Made by a program: the position numbers and the translations under genes. Below, piece after piece: positions 38,624 through 47,271 of a DNA stretch of 64,000 bases (the stretch's first letter is position 1; the number at the start of each line of letters is the position of its first letter). Below the pieces are notes generated by a model. The model ran no database searches, had not been told where the DNA came from, and saw nothing but the letters and a program-made list of their open reading frames with translations. Source of the stretch: Candidatus Omnitrophota bacterium (GTDB lineage Bacteria; Omnitrophota; Gorgyraeia; Gorgyraeales; Gorgyraeaceae); assembly GCA_043821705.1 (NCBI GenBank), contig JBDRCN010000035.1:43321-107320 (forward strand), given 5' to 3'.

Positions 38624-38640
38624 TATAGCATATATAGATC

Positions 38641-38887
38641 AATGAACAACTAATAAATTTTATGTCTTAGGGTTTCCCGGGAGTCTATGCGGCGCATCAG
38701 GAACATAGCGGCATCCCGTAATATTCAAGCACGAAGTGTTCAAGGCTTTAGAGCGAGATCGAGCCTAACTAAAGGCGAAAGCTCGATTCGTAGAGCGAGC
38801 TCTAAACCGTAGAACACGGCGCGGTGTTCCAGCGCCGTATAGAACTCCTGGGGAGCTCTAGGACAGCATCTTTATATTTGCATTGCG
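38641..38887. other. GC-rich, hairpin-dense 250-bp intergenic block; possible ncRNA or repeat remnant
   Basis: Multiple stems, for example acggcgc-ggtgttcca-gcgccgt and atcgagc...gctcgat. Composition differs markedly from the AT-rich surroundings. Confidence 0.3.
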
Positions 38888-39592
38888 TTACATAAGTTTA
38901 GAAAAGCTCGCCAGGCATTTCAATGGATCCTTCTCTCTCAGAAATGCCTCTATCTCTTTTCTTATGCGGCCTTTATTCACTTCACCTACATAACCCTTCA
39001 TGACAGCTTCTTTCATCAAACTTTTAGTCTTATCGTCTATCTTAAAATCAAATCTAGTGGCAAACCTTACAGCCCTAAAGATCCTGGTAGGATCATCTTT
39101 AAAACTATCTTTATGTAAGATCTTTATCTTTTTACCCATAAGATCATTATAACCATTGTAAAAATCTACTAAATTGCCAAATGTCTTTTTATTTAGTGCT
39201 ATTGCCATAGCATTTATTGTAAAATCCCTTCTATAAAGATCTTCTCTTATAGATGCAGGCTTTACTTTAGGATAAGAAGCTATCCTTTCATAGGATTCTT
39301 TTCTCGCAGTAGCAAGATCTATGCTTATTTTTTTTAAAGTAATAGTAGCTGTCTTAAAAGCAGGGTGTTTTTTTACGCTTCCCTTTAACTGAGAATTCAG
39401 TTTTTCAGCAAAAGAAATTGCATCACCCTCTATCACGAAATCCAGGTCATGGTTATCTCTTCCAAGAAATATATCTCTTACAGGCCCTCCTACCAGACAA
39501 ACATCTACACCAATAGAATCTCCTGATCTAGATACAGAATTTAAGATATTTAAAAAACTTTTTGAGACTTTTTTACGTAGATCAATCTTCAT
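38888..39592 (-). CDS. tRNA nucleotidyltransferase / poly(A) polymerase head-domain protein (short; possibly truncated CCA enzyme)
   Basis: 234 aa. Nucleotidyltransferase motif GGPVRD...DLDF and RRDFTINAMA of the PolyA_pol head domain. It is roughly half the length of typical CCA-adding enzymes and ends at the GC-rich block. Confidence 0.6.
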   Translation of the reverse strand: MKIDLRKKVSKSFLNILNSVSRSGDSIGVDVCLVGGPVRDIFLGRDNHDLDFVIEGDAISFAEKLNSQLKGSVKKHPAFKTATITLKKISIDLATARKESYERIASYPKVKPASIREDLYRRDFTINAMAIALNKKTFGNLVDFYNGYNDLMGKKIKILHKDSFKDDPTRIFRAVRFATRFDFKIDDKTKSLMKEAVMKGYVGEVNKGRIRKEIEAFLREKDPLKCLASFSKLM

Positions 39593-40712
39593 TTTCTAAT
39601 ATGAAATCAGCTATCCTTTTCGATGCATCCTTATATGAAAAATGTTCCATCCTGGATCTTATGTGCTGCATCTTTTTAGGAGAGACCAACAGCTCCTTTA
39701 AATAAGTTACTATATCTTTTGGGTGTTCTATCTTTACTGCTACCCCATGCTTAGCAAGTAATTTAGCATTCCTTGTCTCTTGGCCAAAGATAGGATTTAC
39801 TATGACCATGGGCAAATTCTTTGAAAGTGCCTCTGAAATAGTAAGGCCCCCTGATTTGCTTATCAAAAGATCGCTCACCTCCATCAACTCATCAATATTG
39901 TCCATAAAACCAAATACCTTTAAGTTGACATCTGTGGCCCCTTTCTTTTTATTTAGTTTCTCGTAAAGAACCTTATTTTTCCCACATATAACAAGCATCT
40001 GCAATTTATATTTTAGAATACCTTCTATCTTATCTAGGGAATCTATAATATCTTCCACTGGCCCTGCGCCAAACCCCCCTCCCATAATAAGTATATTGAA
40101 AAGATCTTTTTCTATCCCTATCTTTTCTATCAACTGGGTGCGATCTTTAGTAATACTGAATTTAGGGTCACAGGGTATGCCTAATACCTTGATCTTTTCT
40201 TTTTTTATACCGCGTCTTAATAGGTCATTTCTTGTCTCTTCCAGGCATACGATAAAACAGTCAGAATATCTCGCCATCCAAAAACTGTGAGAAATAAAAT
40301 CAGTGACCACTGTATAGAGTTTACCTTTATATCTCTTTTTCTTTTTTAAACGTGACACTACTTCAGCAGGCAAAAAATGAGTACAAAGTATGACATCAGG
40401 TTGTGTCTTATCTATAAGATCGATAAACTTTCTTGCAGTAATAGAATGAACTAACCCTCTTACAGGTGAAACTAATCTATCTACTATCTTTATCTCGAAA
40501 AAATAATATAACAAACCCCATAAAAAAGGTATTTTATTTATTAAAAATAGATAAATGTTAGGATATAAAAACTTAAAGACAGGATTTGTATAATCCAAAA
40601 CATCTACTGTCTTTACTTTAGCATCTTTAAAACCTAATAATGAACTTTCTACAGCTAAAGCTGCTTTTTTATGTCCTATCCCAGCATATGCATGAGCGAT
40701 CAATATATTCAT
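39582..40712 (-). CDS. diacylglycerol glycosyltransferase (MGDG-synthase / UgtP-like, GT28)
   Basis: 376 aa. N-terminal MGDG-synthase-like domain (HAYAGIGHKKAALA) and a C-terminal GT28 C-domain (GGGFGAGP...GQE). Confidence 0.65.
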   Translation of the reverse strand: MNILIAHAYAGIGHKKAALAVESSLLGFKDAKVKTVDVLDYTNPVFKFLYPNIYLFLINKIPFLWGLLYYFFEIKIVDRLVSPVRGLVHSITARKFIDLIDKTQPDVILCTHFLPAEVVSRLKKKKRYKGKLYTVVTDFISHSFWMARYSDCFIVCLEETRNDLLRRGIKKEKIKVLGIPCDPKFSITKDRTQLIEKIGIEKDLFNILIMGGGFGAGPVEDIIDSLDKIEGILKYKLQMLVICGKNKVLYEKLNKKKGATDVNLKVFGFMDNIDELMEVSDLLISKSGGLTISEALSKNLPMVIVNPIFGQETRNAKLLAKHGVAVKIEHPKDIVTYLKELLVSPKKMQHIRSRMEHFSYKDASKRIADFILENED

Positions 40713-40859
40713 ATTAAAATAATGTGTATATAAAAGGTGCTACTGCGCTAGACTGTGTAAAGAATATCAATAATCCGAATAGAAGCAGTACTACTACTAT
40801 GGGTATCATCCACCAAAGCTTCCTCTCCCAGAAAAATGTAAATAATTCCTTAATAATAT

Positions 40860-41405
40860 TTAGTCTTTTCCCAATACCCATTCTACAGCCTCCTTAAGAT
40901 CGTTTTTTATAAGATCGGGCTTTGCTTCCCAATCATCAATGCTCTTTGGATCTTCCTTGCCAGTTAAGAGAAGTATGGTCTTGCAACCTGCGTTCTTGCC
41001 TGCTCCTATATCAAGCCTTGAATCTCCTATAAAATATGTATTTTTAAAGTCTATTTCCATACCCTCTGTTGCTTTTTCTATTAATCCTGTATTGGGTTTT
41101 CTACATGAACAATCTTCATCAGGAAGATGGACGCAATAATTCACTGATTCTATTTTGCCTCCATTTTTTTCTATCTCCTTTAACATGTTGTCTGTTATGT
41201 CTTCCAGATCATCGCTTGTATAAAGCCCCTTACTTACCCCTGCTTGATTCGATATTACAAATATGCTGTAGCCTGCTTTATTCAATCTTTTAATAGCCTC
41301 TATGGAACCAGGAAAAAACTCAAATTCCTTCCATGATTTTATATAATCTCCTTTTCCAGGATCTATATTTATCACTCCATCTCTATCCAGGAATATTGCT
41401 TTCAT
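40860..41405 (-). CDS. gmhB: D-glycero-D-manno-heptose 1,7-bisphosphate phosphatase (HAD)
   Basis: HAD motif I FLDRDGVIN, SNQ motif, the Zn-binding CxH..C.C cluster of GmhB (CVHLPDEDCSCRKP) and GDS. I place the start at the ATG at 41405, preceded by AAGGAG. The ORF track starts it at 41426. Confidence 0.75.
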   Translation of the reverse strand: MKAIFLDRDGVINIDPGKGDYIKSWKEFEFFPGSIEAIKRLNKAGYSIFVISNQAGVSKGLYTSDDLEDITDNMLKEIEKNGGKIESVNYCVHLPDEDCSCRKPNTGLIEKATEGMEIDFKNTYFIGDSRLDIGAGKNAGCKTILLLTGKEDPKSIDDWEAKPDLIKNDLKEAVEWVLGKD

Positions 41406-41421
41406 TCCTTCTCCTTTAATA

Positions 41422-41548
41422 AGCACATCACTTAGCGAATCAAGTAAAGCTAAGTGATAAGTGCGAATTAAATCCCGCCCTTTTTAACTGCTACTATAGC
41501 ATAGTTACTAAAAGGGCGGGATAAAACAATAACCTATAAGTTATGTCC
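41422..41548. repeat. composite hairpin repeat, copy 2 (agcacatcacttagc...gtgcgaattaaatcccgccc...aaaagggcgggat...)
   Basis: Same module order as 12743-12890. It lies between the GT2 gene stop (41534) and the gmhB start. Confidence 0.7.
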
Positions 41549-42301
41549 TTGTTTTATCTCCCAATACTTAGCATAACTAAAAAATTGATACAGCGCTCCA
41601 TTTACTGCAATAATAAAACCTATCACGCCATCTTTATACCCTTTTTTCCTAACATATGCCCTGAAAAACCTGTCAAATGCCTTCCAAAGCATCTTTCCTA
41701 CCCCTATTTTTCTTTTCTCGTTAAACCATTTCTCCGCCTCAAGGCTCGTCTGTTTATTCAAGACATAAAAAAGATTGGAAAAATCTGAATGGCCAAAATG
41801 AACAATGTCCTTTGTAAGATGCCCGCATTTGCCGTCAAGAATTATCTTCGGGTGAACATTCGTTTCTTCATATCTAAACTTTGATTTTTTAAAAAGCCTC
41901 AGCTTACCTGCCGGATACCAGCCGCCGTATCTAACCCAGTAATCACCTATATAAGTCCTTCGGGGGATACTGTAGGCACTAAACTCAGTATCTCGTGATA
42001 TAGTATCCTTTATCTCCTTTTTTAACTCTTCTGTAACTATCTCATCCGCATCAAGGCTCAAGACCCATTCATTTTTTGCTTTCTGGCCCATCCAATTCCT
42101 ATGCACGCCTTCCACCTCCATCTTTCTCTTGAATATCTTATCCGTATATTCTCGTGCAACCTCGATCGTCCTGTCAGTACTGTAATCATCCACTATTATA
42201 TGCTCGTCTGCCCAGTCCTGTGTGCTTTTAAGGCAGCCCTCTATCCTGTGTTCTTCATTATACGCGATCGTAACTACTGATAACGGTAATTTCCCTTCCA
42301 T
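41534..42301 (-). CDS. glycosyltransferase family 2
   Basis: 255 aa. GT-A fold with VVTIAYNEE...DD.STD...DADE (DxD). Confidence 0.7.
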   Translation of the reverse strand: MEGKLPLSVVTIAYNEEHRIEGCLKSTQDWADEHIIVDDYSTDRTIEVAREYTDKIFKRKMEVEGVHRNWMGQKAKNEWVLSLDADEIVTEELKKEIKDTISRDTEFSAYSIPRRTYIGDYWVRYGGWYPAGKLRLFKKSKFRYEETNVHPKIILDGKCGHLTKDIVHFGHSDFSNLFYVLNKQTSLEAEKWFNEKRKIGVGKMLWKAFDRFFRAYVRKKGYKDGVIGFIIAVNGALYQFFSYAKYWEIKQGHNL

Positions 42302-42309
42302 AAAACCCC

Positions 42310-43098
42310 CTATATTTTTTTAACTACGGCTAAAAGCTGATCACCTAGTCCTAAAATATTTCCCAATTGTGCAATAGTAGCCATGGTATTTTTGTGAAAA
42401 GATTTTGAAAAAGGGTAATACTGGCTATTTTGGATTATCTCTTTAATTTTAAAACCATTATTAGATAATAAATTTCCAAAACTTCCCCTATCAAAATGCC
42501 ATACATGTTCTCCATTGCCCCATCCATACCATCTGGCCTTATATAGTCTTGCCACCAGGCTATTATGATTTGGCACTCCTATCACTACTATACCTTTTTC
42601 TGCAACAAAATCCTTTATATCTTCTATAAATCCATTCAACTCGACAATATGCTCTAGCACATGGTTCAATATAATAACATCAAAAGATTCTCCAGGGTTC
42701 AAGACATCTTTAAGCATGCCACTTTTTACAGTTAAGCCTTTTGATAAACATATCTCTGATGCTTTTTTATTGAGCTCTATACCTTCTGCTTTGAAACCCA
42801 GCCTTTTAGCCTCTTCAAGCAAAAGTCCAATACTACAGCCAACATCCAAAAGCCTGCCTTCTTTTTTGTGTTTAACTACTAAATTCATAATATCTTCGGA
42901 AAACATCTTAAATTTATCTTCATTTTTCAAATAATGTTCACAATAAAGGCCTTGATCAGTATAATCTGTAAGAAGATAAGGCCTGCTTCTAAATGTCTTA
43001 CAACTATTGCACATGACTATCTCTTTTTTCTGATCATGAAAATCAAGATATTTTTTATAGCTATGAGAACTACATATATTACATCTATCCTGATTCAT
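42310..43098 (-). CDS. class I SAM-dependent methyltransferase with an N-terminal Cys4 zinc ribbon
   Basis: 262 aa. CNICSS...CNSC ribbon, SAM motif I LLDVGCSIGLL and a post-I acidic residue. Confidence 0.7.
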   Translation of the reverse strand: MNQDRCNICSSHSYKKYLDFHDQKKEIVMCNSCKTFRSRPYLLTDYTDQGLYCEHYLKNEDKFKMFSEDIMNLVVKHKKEGRLLDVGCSIGLLLEEAKRLGFKAEGIELNKKASEICLSKGLTVKSGMLKDVLNPGESFDVIILNHVLEHIVELNGFIEDIKDFVAEKGIVVIGVPNHNSLVARLYKARWYGWGNGEHVWHFDRGSFGNLLSNNGFKIKEIIQNSQYYPFSKSFHKNTMATIAQLGNILGLGDQLLAVVKKI

Positions 43099-43868
43099 AT
43101 TTTACCCTTATGATATCTTCCGTAATAGACTCCCCATATAGCAAAGTGCCTCCAGGCATTCAGTATTGAAAAAATAAATCCATGCATGCCATCCCTAAAG
43201 CCCTGTTTTCTTATATATAATTTAAAGAATAATTTCAATGGCCTAAAATAAAGATGGTATTTTATTTCTTTCAGGGTGATCTTGTCCCCTCTATCCTCAT
43301 GCATAACCCTTGCTTCAATGCCAGCGTAGTAAAGCTGCCTATCGATGAATTGTGCTATAGAATCAAATGCAAAATGGTCTAGATCTCCTTTTAAGTCCCC
43401 TATGGAACCATTCACACCCAATGTCTCATGCACATTATGCCCCACATAGCGTGCTTTATCTTTTCTAAATAAGCGTACATGTCTTTCGTGCCAGCCACCG
43501 TACTTCATGAACTTTTTTAAAAAATAATTTTTTCTTCCTATTCTATAAGCTGAGAAATGATTGCTATCTTTCAAAGAGCTCTTTATCTCGTTCCTTAATT
43601 CAGGCGTCACTCTCTCATCTGCATCAAGCTGCAATACCCATTCGCTATTTGAATTATCTATACCGACATTCCGCTGCATATCATGGTTACCATTTGAAGC
43701 GTGAGCTACAAGATTTGCTTTAAATCTGCGGCAGATCTGATGAGTATTATCTACACTCATATCATCCACCACTACTATCTCATCACACCATTTAACGCTC
43801 TCAAGGCACGGCGCGATACGCTTTTCTTCATTCTTTGCTATTATAACTGCTGTTATCTTATGTTTCAT
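43095..43868 (-). CDS. glycosyltransferase family 2
   Basis: 257 aa. ITAVIIAKNEE...VVDD.S.D...LDADE. Confidence 0.7.
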   Translation of the reverse strand: MKHKITAVIIAKNEEKRIAPCLESVKWCDEIVVVDDMSVDNTHQICRRFKANLVAHASNGNHDMQRNVGIDNSNSEWVLQLDADERVTPELRNEIKSSLKDSNHFSAYRIGRKNYFLKKFMKYGGWHERHVRLFRKDKARYVGHNVHETLGVNGSIGDLKGDLDHFAFDSIAQFIDRQLYYAGIEARVMHEDRGDKITLKEIKYHLYFRPLKLFFKLYIRKQGFRDGMHGFIFSILNAWRHFAIWGVYYGRYHKGKI

Positions 43869-43869
43869 A

Positions 43870-44574
43870 CTATATATCCTTAGGGTCTATCTTTAGGCCA
43901 AATCTATAATTAAATATACATTTTAGATAAGCTATCCCGCTTCGAAGTTTTTGTAGTTTTACTTCTCCTATTCTTATCTTGTAAGGTATATCTATTTCTT
44001 TATGTTTAAATTTTCCTAGATTAGTCCTGACAATTATCTCGCAAGGCAAAGAATAATTAGTCTCCCAGTTTATAGATTCTTTTAAGTTCTTTCTTATACA
44101 AAACATCCCTGTTGAAACATCATGTACGTTTATTCCATATAACAACCTCACTAAAAATGCAAATCCCATATTTGCCAATCTATTCATAAAAGGCATCTCT
44201 TTCTTAAGCTCTTTGTTTAACCTATTGCAAGATACTAGATCATATTCCCCAGAAAGTTCTACAAGCTTTGGGATAAAACTCATAGGATAAGTGTTGTCGC
44301 AGTCTGCTGTTATTATAATATCATTTTTCGCTTCTTTTATAGCAGTCCTGAGTGCAATGCCATGGCCTTGAGGTTTTTGGGCCAATACCTTGACTCCCAT
44401 ACGTTTAGCGATATCTACAGTAGAATCAGAACTAGAATCAACTATAACTATCTCTGTCTCATATCCTTTTGTGTATGTTCTGATATCCTCTATAACCTTA
44501 CCAATAGCCTTTTCCTCATTAAATGTCGGCATAACCACAGATACCTTGATATTTTTATCCATTATCTTCTCCAT
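43870..44574 (-). CDS. polyprenol-phosphate glycosyltransferase (Dpm1/ArnC/GtrB-like GT2, soluble form)
   Basis: 234 aa. VSVVMPTFNEE...VIVDSSSDST...ITADCDNTYP, which is the Dpm1-like signature. Confidence 0.65.
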   Translation of the reverse strand: MEKIMDKNIKVSVVMPTFNEEKAIGKVIEDIRTYTKGYETEIVIVDSSSDSTVDIAKRMGVKVLAQKPQGHGIALRTAIKEAKNDIIITADCDNTYPMSFIPKLVELSGEYDLVSCNRLNKELKKEMPFMNRLANMGFAFLVRLLYGINVHDVSTGMFCIRKNLKESINWETNYSLPCEIIVRTNLGKFKHKEIDIPYKIRIGEVKLQKLRSGIAYLKCIFNYRFGLKIDPKDI

Positions 44575-45850
44575 TAAGTTTTCTAGCTAGATCATAGCTA
44601 TGTTCGATTATCTTATCCATATTAAGATATTCAAATTCTGCGAACCTACCGCAGGAATATATCCCCATATTTAATACGTAGTCCAGGGCTTTGTCAATAT
44701 TATTCCTATGACCTAAGTCGTATATGACATAGGCGTATCTAAAGCTCTTGATATCTACAGAAGTAATATCATTTCTTGAGACAAGGCCATTCTTTTCCAG
44801 ATCAGTTATGACCTTTTCTCTTATCTCCTTTTTACTTAAGCTCGCCAAAGGACTATCCTGCCTGTAAGTTATCTCTATCAAAAGGGTAGAAACATTATCT
44901 TCTCCGCAATAATTTTCCCCCAAGAAATTAAGCTTACTTAAACGATGGAATATCATATTCTTATCAGCAAATGTAACTGCAAAATTATCCCCAATATTGT
45001 CCTTCTTGGCCTGAAGCGCTACTATGTATATTGAATTATACTTAAGATCCCCCAGGCTGGCCATAACATCTTTTGGTGCATCTAAAAATCTAAAAAGCTC
45101 ATGGATAGGCATGCAATTTATCAAGGCATCTCCCTTAAAACTACCCTTATCTGTTTCCACCACCCACTTGTCTTTCTTTTTAGATATACTGGTTATCTTG
45201 GTAGAAGTCATAACCTTAGCTTTATCCTTTATACGTTCTCTGTATCCTGAGATCAAACTTTGTATCCCGTTGGACTTCGGATAATAAAAATATAATTGAT
45301 GAAGATATCCCTCTGTCTGTATACCTTTTGAGGACTTTATAATATCTTCTTTGGGAGGTTTTGGTATCCTCTCTACCATCTGCATGTCCATAAAACTGGG
45401 GTCAAACTTCCATATCTTTTCATTATATGGCTCTAGGTATAATCTAGTAATGCCTTCCCCAAATGTCTTTAAAAAAAACTGAAGCATATTCTGTGGCGTG
45501 GAATTCTCATGAGGATTATTCAAAAATTCCTTAACACAATAATCCCTGTCAGTATCATCTAATGCTGCTAGATCATTTTCAAAAGGATACTTTACAAATC
45601 TATCTTTATGAAAGATCTTATTTGACCTCTTTATCTTATTTGTCTCTGTCAATAAAGTAAGTTCATTAAGCATATCTTTATTTTTTGAGAATAATATATG
45701 CGGCCCAATATCATAATAGATGCCATTTAACTCAAAACTTCTACACAACCCTCCTAAGACATTTTCTTTTTCTAGCACAAGGGTCCTTTTATTTAAAAAA
45801 TGCGCTAGGCTGAGTCCTGCCAGCCCTCCACCTAAGATTATATATTCCAT
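44555..45850 (-). CDS. FAD-dependent oxidoreductase, UDP-galactopyranose-mutase-like
   Basis: 431 aa. N-terminal dinucleotide motif ILGGGLAGLSLA, IGPHILF, and C-terminal CGRFAEFEYLNMD resembling the Glf GRxxxYxYxxMD motif. It is longer than typical Glf. Confidence 0.45.
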   Translation of the reverse strand: MEYIILGGGLAGLSLAHFLNKRTLVLEKENVLGGLCRSFELNGIYYDIGPHILFSKNKDMLNELTLLTETNKIKRSNKIFHKDRFVKYPFENDLAALDDTDRDYCVKEFLNNPHENSTPQNMLQFFLKTFGEGITRLYLEPYNEKIWKFDPSFMDMQMVERIPKPPKEDIIKSSKGIQTEGYLHQLYFYYPKSNGIQSLISGYRERIKDKAKVMTSTKITSISKKKDKWVVETDKGSFKGDALINCMPIHELFRFLDAPKDVMASLGDLKYNSIYIVALQAKKDNIGDNFAVTFADKNMIFHRLSKLNFLGENYCGEDNVSTLLIEITYRQDSPLASLSKKEIREKVITDLEKNGLVSRNDITSVDIKSFRYAYVIYDLGHRNNIDKALDYVLNMGIYSCGRFAEFEYLNMDKIIEHSYDLARKLNGEDNG

Positions 45851-45864
45851 AAAGTATCTCTCTC

Positions 45865-47271
45865 TTAAAATCTTCTTATGTATAGATCCCTATACTCAGC
45901 TGATCTTATATAATTATCGCGAATGACCTTGTTCTCTATATCTTCAATATAGTAATCAGAAATGATCTTTGGCTTTTTAAGGCCTATCAGGCTATAGATA
46001 TCATAACTATATGGTGTGATCTTACGATATGCTGAAAGCGCTCCTGTGTTCGGCCTAAGTGCATACCAAAAGAAATCCAGATCTTTTCTAAATAGGTTAA
46101 ATCTGGCATCTCCGTCATATACAAAATCTTTTGGATCTGTATTCTCCAGAACATAGCTAACCTTTTTCAGTTGGTCTTTATTAGTAAGTTTAAAAGCATA
46201 TTTGATAGTCCTACTTAAACACGTAACCAATAGAAGTATCAATATGAAACACATGATCTTCCTCTTGTTGCCAAAAAACCTGTTTATGGATAAGCTCGAT
46301 ATAATCGCTATAAAAGGCATGGCCATCATATAATATTGCTGAAAAGAACTTTTTGTCAAAAGAAGGGTCAAAAGCAAACCTATAGAGAACAATCCTATAC
46401 TCTTATGTTTATAGTTTCTCAAATGGAACGCCATGCCTGTTATATAAAACATCCAAAGGATCGTATTTTTCCTAAGACTTCTCACTAGTTCTGCAAAAGG
46501 AGTAAAATCACTCAAGCCCTTTATATGTGCATTAAATATCCAGTTGAATATCATGTATTCACTTACTGAGCCTTTTATGATCAGGTATACCAGATAAGGA
46601 CATAGTCCACAGAAAAATATAAAAAGATATAAGATGCATTCTTTTAGGCCTATTTCTTTCTTGAACAGCTTAAAGATAAACAAGCAACCCAGTACCATAA
46701 TAAAAAATACTGCTCTTTGTAGAAATAAAAACGATACTGACAAGGCTAAGGCGCTAAAGATCAAAAAAGAGACCTTGTTTTTATCAAAATAATAGTATAA
46801 AAATAAAACTGACAACATGCTAAACAATACCTGAGGCACATCTGGCCTTATCTCTATAGCCTTTCCAGTAAATATAATAGTGGTTAAAAGAAGTGCCGTG
46901 CTTATAAGCGCTATATCCCTGTCCGCTACTTTCTTAGCCAATAAATAGGAAATAAAAACAATAGATAAAAAAAGTATGAATATAAAAATTCTTGCACAAT
47001 ATAAAACAATCAGCCTTTCCCCGAAAAAAGTGATAAAAGGAACAAGGCAATAATATAAAAGTGGATTGTGGTGTTGAAAGAAATCTTTATAGATCACCTC
47101 CCCCTTGGATATCTTCCAGGAACTATGTATGACCTCAAATTCATCATAGTCAAACTGCCTGTTCAAAGAAGTAATAAATAAAAGGGGAAGCATCACCCCT
47201 ATTATGAGGTAAGTAATAATATTTGTATCTAGCACATTGAACTGTCTTTTCATATTAATCCAGGAACCCAT
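45865..47271 (-). CDS. GT-C fold polyprenol-P-sugar-dependent glycosyltransferase (PMT/ArnT-like, GT39/83-like)
   Basis: 468 aa. At least 10 predicted TM helices. An acidic DE motif (FDYDEFEVIH) lies in the first extracytoplasmic loop after TM1, and there is a C-terminal soluble domain. Confidence 0.55.
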   Translation of the reverse strand: MGSWINMKRQFNVLDTNIITYLIIGVMLPLLFITSLNRQFDYDEFEVIHSSWKISKGEVIYKDFFQHHNPLLYYCLVPFITFFGERLIVLYCARIFIFILFLSIVFISYLLAKKVADRDIALISTALLLTTIIFTGKAIEIRPDVPQVLFSMLSVLFLYYYFDKNKVSFLIFSALALSVSFLFLQRAVFFIMVLGCLFIFKLFKKEIGLKECILYLFIFFCGLCPYLVYLIIKGSVSEYMIFNWIFNAHIKGLSDFTPFAELVRSLRKNTILWMFYITGMAFHLRNYKHKSIGLFSIGLLLTLLLTKSSFQQYYMMAMPFIAIISSLSINRFFGNKRKIMCFILILLLVTCLSRTIKYAFKLTNKDQLKKVSYVLENTDPKDFVYDGDARFNLFRKDLDFFWYALRPNTGALSAYRKITPYSYDIYSLIGLKKPKIISDYYIEDIENKVIRDNYIRSAEYRDLYIRRF

